From NCBI GenBank assembly GCA_001563335.1, contig LRSL01000042.1:1-21298 (forward strand): DNA of 21,298 nt. The letters are read 5' to 3'. The position numbers and the translations under genes are program-made. The notes under the pieces were generated by a model, which ran no database searches, was not told where the DNA came from, and saw nothing but the letters and a program-made list of their open reading frames with translations. The DNA comes from Candidatus Thorarchaeota archaeon SMTZ1-45 (GTDB lineage: Archaea; Asgardarchaeota; Thorarchaeia; Thorarchaeales; Thorarchaeaceae). Of the stretch, positions 15,960 to 21,298 are shown one piece after another (positions within the stretch are counted from its first letter, which is position 1; each line of letters starts with the position of its first letter).

Positions 15960-16919
15960 CTATTTTGCACTCTCTAGCGACTGTTTCAGAATCTCAGGAT
16001 TCAGTTTGCCAGCATGGTAAATTTTTCCGCTTTCAATATGATTGAAAGTGATTTCAGCTGGACTGAACAAATGTGGGTCTACCTTGTAGAAGTCAAACTC
16101 CACACTCTTGAACAGGTCATAGAACGGTTGGCCATACTGCTTCGATGAAGATGATGGCACCTTCTCAATTACATCTTTCAAGTCTTTATCATCTGAACGG
16201 ACAAAGTAGAAAGTTCGACCACCGTATAGAATGCAGTCGTTTGTTATACCCATCGCCTTGGCATCTTTCTTAGCCACAGGTGCCACAGGTGCCACACCAT
16301 AGCCCGACCTTATTCGGTCAAGATCAAACCCTATCTCGTGCAACTTATGCATTCCCACTTCAACAACTCTTGCAGAAACCTGCACTGAACCTACTATGCA
16401 TGCTGTAGGAGCCAGAATGCAGTAGAGGTCCGACGGTGAGATGTTGCATTTATCTGCAATATACTGAGTGACATCCTCAGAGGGTGCTTCTCTCGTTTCA
16501 AGCAGAATCACACCAACTGATGCATCATCCTCATATCCAAGTTCTGCATAGAGCTTCTTTTCAACACGAGCCAATGCTCTTGCTGGACCTGACCCCATCG
16601 CGAAGTATTTGTCAACATTGATGGTCCAACCTGCATATTGAGAAGCCATACACGCAATCTTTGGATGATCTGAACTTACAACAACAGCTGGAAGGTCCAT
16701 GCCATCAATGTGCATCTTGGTATGGCGGACTACACCCAGCCCTCCAAGACAAATCTCACCAACCAATCTGCCAAGTTCCTCTCCTCCTGTCACTTCAATG
16801 CCTGCATCAATGATTGTTGTACCATTTCCCAGCTCACTGACAGTACAGTTTAGCTCATCCTTTTGATTCATTATCTCCTTTGTAATCTCAAGTGCACCTT
16901 CATTTACACTAAGTTTCAT
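15960..16919 (-). CDS. mch: Methenyltetrahydromethanopterin cyclohydrolase
   Basis: ICLGGLG, ACMASQYAGW, YFAMGSGPARALA, GSVQVSARVVE, AMGITNDCILYGG and FDFYKVDPHLFSPA. Start placed at ATG 16919, downstream of SD GAGGTGA. Confidence 0.96.
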   Translation of the reverse strand: MKLSVNEGALEITKEIMNQKDELNCTVSELGNGTTIIDAGIEVTGGEELGRLVGEICLGGLGVVRHTKMHIDGMDLPAVVVSSDHPKIACMASQYAGWTINVDKYFAMGSGPARALARVEKKLYAELGYEDDASVGVILLETREAPSEDVTQYIADKCNISPSDLYCILAPTACIVGSVQVSARVVEVGMHKLHEIGFDLDRIRSGYGVAPVAPVAKKDAKAMGITNDCILYGGRTFYFVRSDDKDLKDVIEKVPSSSSKQYGQPFYDLFKSVEFDFYKVDPHLFSPAEITFNHIESGKIYHAGKLNPEILKQSLESAK

Positions 16920-16929
16920 TTCCTTCACC

Positions 16930-17784
16930 TCAAATCAAGTGTTGGTTTTTGGAAGCACGAATGTAAATCTCCTCTCCTGGACTTGCTTCAGCAAAGTCTC
17001 CCATATATTTCACCCACTTTTCAGTAGAATCAATCTTTTCGGAAAGAAAGTCAGGTCTACGCTCTTTCAGATACCGAAGGTAGTAGTTGATGAACTCTCT
17101 CTCCGAACTACCACTGAATTTGTAGGTTGGAAATAATGAGTCCAGCTTTCCAAGACAAAAGATCATTCCCTTTGTTGCTTGTACGCCAATACGCTCTGCT
17201 ATATCGCCAACGACGATAATAGTGCCGCCCATCATACGAATTGCTGATTGCGGTCCCACATTGCCCTTTACAGCAATGAAACCTTTTCGCATATGAGAAG
17301 CCATCTCGCGTCCTACATTACCTGCTACATAGACGCGTCCACCTTTCATACCTTCAGGTGTTCCACGATACCCAGAACAGAGATAGTCCCCAGCATCTCC
17401 TTCTATCTGGATATTACCACCCTCCATCTCTGCAGCAGCCCAGGGTCCAACAGAACCTTTGACATGGATACGCCCAGCTACCATCTCAGCTCCGAGATAC
17501 ATGCCTGCATCTCCTTCAACGGTGATTCGACCACCGTTCATCCCTTTTCCAATCATCTTCACCTTTCTAAGGTCACCCTTGACCAATATCTCCGTTTCAT
17601 CCGGAGTTGGACCACTCTCTCCGCTGATGTCGAAGAAGTCTTTGAGTTTCAGGACTTCATTGCCGCGTTGAACAGGAATCTCTCCAATCTCCTTCACACC
17701 CTTTCCAGCAAAACGGGTGGGTGTTATTGTATCTGCTTCTAGAGGCATTTCGGGTGCTTCTTTAAGTGACAAAATCACTGTCAT
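16930..17784 (-). CDS. fwdC: Formylmethanofuran dehydrogenase subunit C
   Basis: PLEADTITP, GNEVLKLKDFF and repeated Gly-rich beta-helix units (MxGGxIxVxGxAG), plus GYRG. Start placed at ATG 17784 (SD AGGTGG); the longer track ORF overlaps ftr. Confidence 0.93.
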   Translation of the reverse strand: MTVILSLKEAPEMPLEADTITPTRFAGKGVKEIGEIPVQRGNEVLKLKDFFDISGESGPTPDETEILVKGDLRKVKMIGKGMNGGRITVEGDAGMYLGAEMVAGRIHVKGSVGPWAAAEMEGGNIQIEGDAGDYLCSGYRGTPEGMKGGRVYVAGNVGREMASHMRKGFIAVKGNVGPQSAIRMMGGTIIVVGDIAERIGVQATKGMIFCLGKLDSLFPTYKFSGSSEREFINYYLRYLKERRPDFLSEKIDSTEKWVKYMGDFAEASPGEEIYIRASKNQHLI

Positions 17785-17909
17785 GAGCCCAACCACCTTG
17801 GAATTTTTGTGATGCTTATCCCACTGATAAAACCTTTTGCAGTTCACAAGTCTGACGGAAAAGAGAAAAGGTGGCTTGTCTTGGAATTTTCTCAAGCTGG
17901 TGGAATGAA

Positions 17910-18806
17910 ATGGAGATAAATGGAGTTCCAATTGAAGACACATTTGCTGAAGCTTTTAGTATGCACATGAACCGTACCATCATCACTGCTTATACTGAGG
18001 AATGGGCAAGGATAACTGCCACAGAAGCAACAGGCTTTGGCACTTCTGTGATTATGGCCCCTGCTGAGGCTGGGATTGAATACATCATGTTGCCCGACGA
18101 AACTCCAGATGGACGTCCTGGTGTACGTGTTGTTTTTGCTGTAGGTTCGAAAAAGGCTCTCGAACCACAACTGCTCGCGAGACTTGGACAATGTGTATTG
18201 ACAAGTCCAACAGCCTCTGCTTTTGATGACACTCCCAATCCTCAAGACCAGTATGAGATTGGAAAGAAAGTTGCTATGTTTGGTGATGGGTTTCAAACAA
18301 AGAAAGGTCCTATCGATGGAAGAGTCCTCTGGCTCATTCCACGAATGAGTGGTACCTGCGTGATGGAAAACATGTTTGGACGCGTGAAAGGAGTCGCTGG
18401 CGGCAACATTATCTACTGCTGTGAAGATGTAGAAAGTGGTATGAACAGCGGGATGGCTGCTGTAAAAGCTATTGAGGGTGTTGAAGGTGCATATACGCCA
18501 TTTCCTGGAGGTCTCGTCGGATCAGGTTCTAAACCATCATCAAAATACAAAGTCCTGTTTGCCTCTACAAATGAGAAGTTTTGTCCTACTTTGCGAGCCC
18601 TCGTACCCAACACACATATCCCTAAGGGTAGTGAGTTTGTTCAAGAGATTGTCATTAATGGCTTGACTGAAGCATCTGTTGCTGAAGCCATGAAGGTAGC
18701 CATTGAAGAGGTCTGTAAGCACCCAGGTATCACTAAGATGACTGCAGGAAACTACGGAGGAAAGCTTGGAGAGTACCAGATCCAACTACATGACCTGTTC
18801 AAGTAG
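17910..18806 (+). CDS. ftr: Formylmethanofuran--tetrahydromethanopterin N-formyltransferase
   Basis: MEINGVPIEDTFAEAF, ATGFGTSVI, ETPDGRPG, GQCVLTSPT, GVAGGN, PFPGG..GSGSK, EIVING and AGNYGGKLG. Start placed at ATG 17910 (SD GGTGG). Confidence 0.96.
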   Translation: MEINGVPIEDTFAEAFSMHMNRTIITAYTEEWARITATEATGFGTSVIMAPAEAGIEYIMLPDETPDGRPGVRVVFAVGSKKALEPQLLARLGQCVLTSPTASAFDDTPNPQDQYEIGKKVAMFGDGFQTKKGPIDGRVLWLIPRMSGTCVMENMFGRVKGVAGGNIIYCCEDVESGMNSGMAAVKAIEGVEGAYTPFPGGLVGSGSKPSSKYKVLFASTNEKFCPTLRALVPNTHIPKGSEFVQEIVINGLTEASVAEAMKVAIEEVCKHPGITKMTAGNYGGKLGEYQIQLHDLFK

Positions 18807-19643
18807 TTAGTCCTTCTTGGCCCCACTTGCCGAAATCCTCCCAACTTCGATTGGAGTTTCTGAGAACATCATAGGCTGATTTGGGGAGTAAGATGGTTCC
18901 TGATTTACTAGTCTCATGATCATCTCATCTCCTGAATTAAAAGCCCTTCTGAACTGTATCTCCAAGATTGGACTGTAGAGTAACAGAGGGAGAAAGATTG
19001 TTATCATCACATATCTTAATGGCCAGAGATTATAGTCTGCTGGATCAAGAAGTATCTGATTCAGCTTGAATGCCACCTCAAAGAATGCCCACCAAAAACC
19101 AACGAAGATAGAGATCTGTCGAATATGTTTCAGTCTGTTGAACAATCTAAAAGTATCATCCACCCATTCATCATACTCTTGATGCCCAAGCGGATATTGA
19201 AGAACGCCATGCTTCTGTGCTGAGATCGCAGCAAGCTTTCCGATGAATTCCTTGTTTTCATTCTCAATGACGACAAGAGTTCGAAATCGTTTTCGGAAGA
19301 ATCCACCTATTGTCATGATTGAGAAAGCTAACATCACGATGGCCCACACAATAGTAAGAGCTATCATTACTGCTACTATTATTATGAGGCAGATAACTAC
19401 ACCCTCTTCACCACCACCAGCACCTCCACCATTGCAATAACAATCGCCGCCCCCACCACAACCGTCACCAAATACCTCGGAAGTCACTGATACACGTCCA
19501 GTTTCTGGTGAATAGACAGCATTACTTCCAGGATTTATACCAGTGATACTCTCAATCTCCTTTTTGAGAGTCGAACCAGATATTCCATATGCTCGAATCG
19601 CGAGTGGTTTCTTTGGCTCACTTGTTTCGGAATAGTCATCCAT
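18807..19643 (-). CDS. Hypothetical membrane protein with a Gly/Cys-rich segment
   Basis: GDGCGGGGDCYCNGGGAGGGEEG followed by a long hydrophobic helix and two further TM segments. ATG 19643 is preceded by GGAGG/GGAG; the track start is GTG 19661. Confidence 0.72.
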   Translation of the reverse strand: MDDYSETSEPKKPLAIRAYGISGSTLKKEIESITGINPGSNAVYSPETGRVSVTSEVFGDGCGGGGDCYCNGGGAGGGEEGVVICLIIIVAVMIALTIVWAIVMLAFSIMTIGGFFRKRFRTLVVIENENKEFIGKLAAISAQKHGVLQYPLGHQEYDEWVDDTFRLFNRLKHIRQISIFVGFWWAFFEVAFKLNQILLDPADYNLWPLRYVMITIFLPLLLYSPILEIQFRRAFNSGDEMIMRLVNQEPSYSPNQPMMFSETPIEVGRISASGAKKD

Positions 19644-19716
19644 TTGCTCCAACCTCCACAATTCTAGATGGTCTTTATGATTATGACTTCTTCGATATTG
19701 TGTTGTTAGGGTTTTT

Positions 19717-20366
19717 CTACAACCTTACAGGATGTTTCTTTGCAACTTCGATTATCTTCTGTGGCAAATAACCGAACGTCTGGGCAGCTAGAGCCAAGTG
19801 TCTAACATCTTTGATGTCAAACCCCATCTGTATTGCAATCAATACATCGAGCTCAAAGATGCTTTTAGCTCCCCAAACAAAGCCCAAATCCCGATAGATT
19901 TTTGATTTTAGTAGTAGTTCATCTGCAGCTGGAGTTGAAAAGATTGCCTCAATGATGCCGCTCACATTAAAAACGGAGCGGCAGATTTTACAAATATCCA
20001 TGATACTGTCATTGAGAAGACTATCGTTTCTTCCATGGAATTTTCCTCTGTAGGGTGTAGGAATCATTCCGAATAGATTCTTGATTGCCATTGTGACCCC
20101 TATTGTCCCGTATGCAAGTTTTGGTTTGGCTAGACTTAGCAGAGTTCCTCCTCTCATTTCATAAAGTCTACTTGGTACCATAGAATACATGATGTCATTT
20201 ACAAGTGACTTGAACCTAGAGTCTACAATATGTCTAATCTCCTCAGGTTCACATACACGTTTGGACCATAATTCCTCTGAGAGATTGAGATACTCCACAT
20301 CATGCTTTCTGAGAATATCCTCAATTCCAGATAATTTGAAAAACCATCTGTCATTTTTTAGATAAA
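19717..20366 (-). pseudogene. DUF362 family protein, apparently 5'-truncated at the tRNA 3' end
   Basis: DUF362-like LLSLAKPK...TMAIKNLFGMIP...KFH. The frame continues upstream of GTG 20298 (KNDRWFFKLSGIEDILRKHD) up to the tRNA. There is no in-frame ATG/GTG/TTG before the upstream stop at 20518-20520, and the family's usual N-terminal part is absent. Confidence 0.6.
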
Positions 20367-20444
20367 TGGAGCCCCTGGCGAGATTTGAACCCGCGACCTT
20401 CTCCTTACCAAGGAGACACTCTAACCGAGCTAAGCTACAGGGGC
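20367..20444 (-). tRNA. tRNA-Thr(GGT), intronless, CCA encoded
   Basis: Reverse complement folds as a cloverleaf: acceptor GCCCCTG/CAGGGGC, D arm GCTT/GAGT, anticodon arm TCTCC-TTGGTAA-GGAGA, T arm GCGGG-TTCAAAT-CTCGC, discriminator T, then CCA. Length 78 nt. Confidence 0.97.
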
Positions 20445-20474
20445 ATGCGTGGTTGGAGTGCGTATTGGAATTTG

Positions 20475-20488
20475 AGATAAAGGTTTCG
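20475..20488 (-). promoter_or_regulatory. Putative BRE-TATA promoter of tRNA-Thr
   Basis: Minus strand reads CGAAAC-CTTTATCT, with the TATA-like part about 31-38 nt upstream of the mature tRNA 5' end. Confidence 0.45.
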
Positions 20489-20549
20489 AAGAAGAACGAC
20501 TTCGGAATCCTTTTTACCTACTACACTCTTCTCTATAAGGGCATTCGCG

Positions 20550-21298
20550 ATGAGGAATATTTTCAAAGGGCTATCCTTCATTATGCTCATTCTTCTACTA
20601 CTAATTTCACCAACAGATAAGCTGACTGAAAAAGCCAGAACTGCGAGACACATCACCTCAGGAGAGTCTGCATCCACTTCAGATCCTTTCGGAATTATCA
20701 AAATAAGAGGTGGAGAATATATTGTTCATAACGGTGTCTGGGGCGCAGAAACTTCACAGACAGTAACTGTATATGACACCGATGTTTGTAAATTCAATGT
20801 GACACATTCAAATCACTCCCAAAACCATGTTGCTTCTTACCCGGCTATCTGCAAAGGTTCTACTTGGGGTCTGACCACTACAGGTTGGAAATCAATCCCG
20901 ATCAATGAGCTTGAATATGCGACTTTCAATTGGAGTGTGAATAGTTATCGTCCCTCAGGAATCTATAATGTAGCGGCAGAATCCTGGTTTAGTTCAGATC
21001 TTGACACCAGTTCAGGCTACAGCGGGGGAGGAGAATTAATGATTTGGATGGATACACGAGGGATGGTTCCAGGGGGAAGTAAGGTTGGTGATTTCGGTTT
21101 TTATGAGGTCTGGTACAGCTTAGTTGATCATAATTACATATGTTATTACATGACTGGACAAAACTCTGCTGAGATAGACCTCCTTGACTTCATCAATGAT
21201 GCCCTAAGTAGGGGATATCTCAACTCAACATGGTATTTGCATGATGTAGAAGCTGGATTTGAAATCTGTAGTGGGGGGGAGGGGCTCATGCTTGAGTC
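20550..21298 (+). CDS. Secreted glycoside hydrolase family 12 (endo-beta-1,4-glucanase-like); 3' end beyond the window
   Basis: Translated by hand; absent from the ORF track because there is no stop in the window. Signal peptide MRNIFKGLSFIMLILLLLISP, then YIVHNGVWG, VASYPAI, YNVAAESWF, GELMIW (nucleophile E162, 21033-21035) and WYLHDVEAGFEI (acid/base E238, 21261-21263). Confidence 0.9.
   Translation, partial: MRNIFKGLSFIMLILLLLISPTDKLTEKARTARHITSGESASTSDPFGIIKIRGGEYIVHNGVWGAETSQTVTVYDTDVCKFNVTHSNHSQNHVASYPAICKGSTWGLTTTGWKSIPINELEYATFNWSVNSYRPSGIYNVAAESWFSSDLDTSSGYSGGGELMIWMDTRGMVPGGSKVGDFGFYEVWYSLVDHNYICYYMTGQNSAEIDLLDFINDALSRGYLNSTWYLHDVEAGFEICSGGEGLMLE

Noticed and set aside
17785-17943. 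N-terminal extensions of fwdC (to 17943) and ftr (from 17871) in the ORF track
   Set aside because: They overlap each other head-to-head. Family-typical N-termini and SD motifs place the starts at 17784 and 17910.
36-19771. Numerous 60-165-aa ORFs nested within or antisense to the called genes
   Set aside because: Shadow ORFs overlapping well-supported genes, with no recognisable motifs.
20366-20620. 84-aa + strand ORF (MEPLARFEPATFSLPRRHSNRAKLQG...)
   Set aside because: Typical antisense translation of a tRNA gene; it also overlaps the GH12 start in another frame.
20435-20701. 88-aa minus-strand ORF
   Set aside because: Antisense to the GH12 5' end and overlaps the tRNA and its promoter; no recognisable motif.
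1-21298. CRISPR arrays, IS elements, integrases, rRNA, selenoprotein (in-frame TGA) candidates
   Set aside because: None found by eye: no regularly spaced repeats, no transposase or recombinase motifs, and no conserved gene broken by an internal TGA.

Overview
Archaeal chromosomal window, most consistent with an Asgard archaeon (probably Thorarchaeia). This is inferred from archaeal uL2, the cdrS-ftsZ pair, SmAP3-type Lsm, H4MPT enzymes and many orphan membrane proteins. The left end (1-5831) is a three-gene cassette with overlapping genes and no function I can name: a multi-pass membrane protein, a membrane-anchored HerA/VirB4-like (DUF87) ATPase, and a 788-aa protein with three tandem HTH-like repeats plus a free-standing intein-type LAGLIDADG domain. 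It is the best candidate for an undescribed DNA-transfer or effector system. Next come a stand-alone rpl2 (TTA at the conserved start position, with a possibly structured leader), cdrS-ftsZ, Lsm, a CPBP protease and four membrane proteins. These are followed by 2-oxoacid:ferredoxin oxidoreductase beta and gamma only, a Urm1/SAMP-like protein, an MFS transporter, and a divergent mch-fwdC / ftr cluster of the H4MPT C1 pathway. The right end holds a membrane protein, a 5'-truncated DUF362 gene abutting the CCA end of tRNA-Thr(GGT), and a secreted GH12 glycoside hydrolase that the ORF track missed because it runs off the edge. All calls come from motif recognition by eye; no searches were run.
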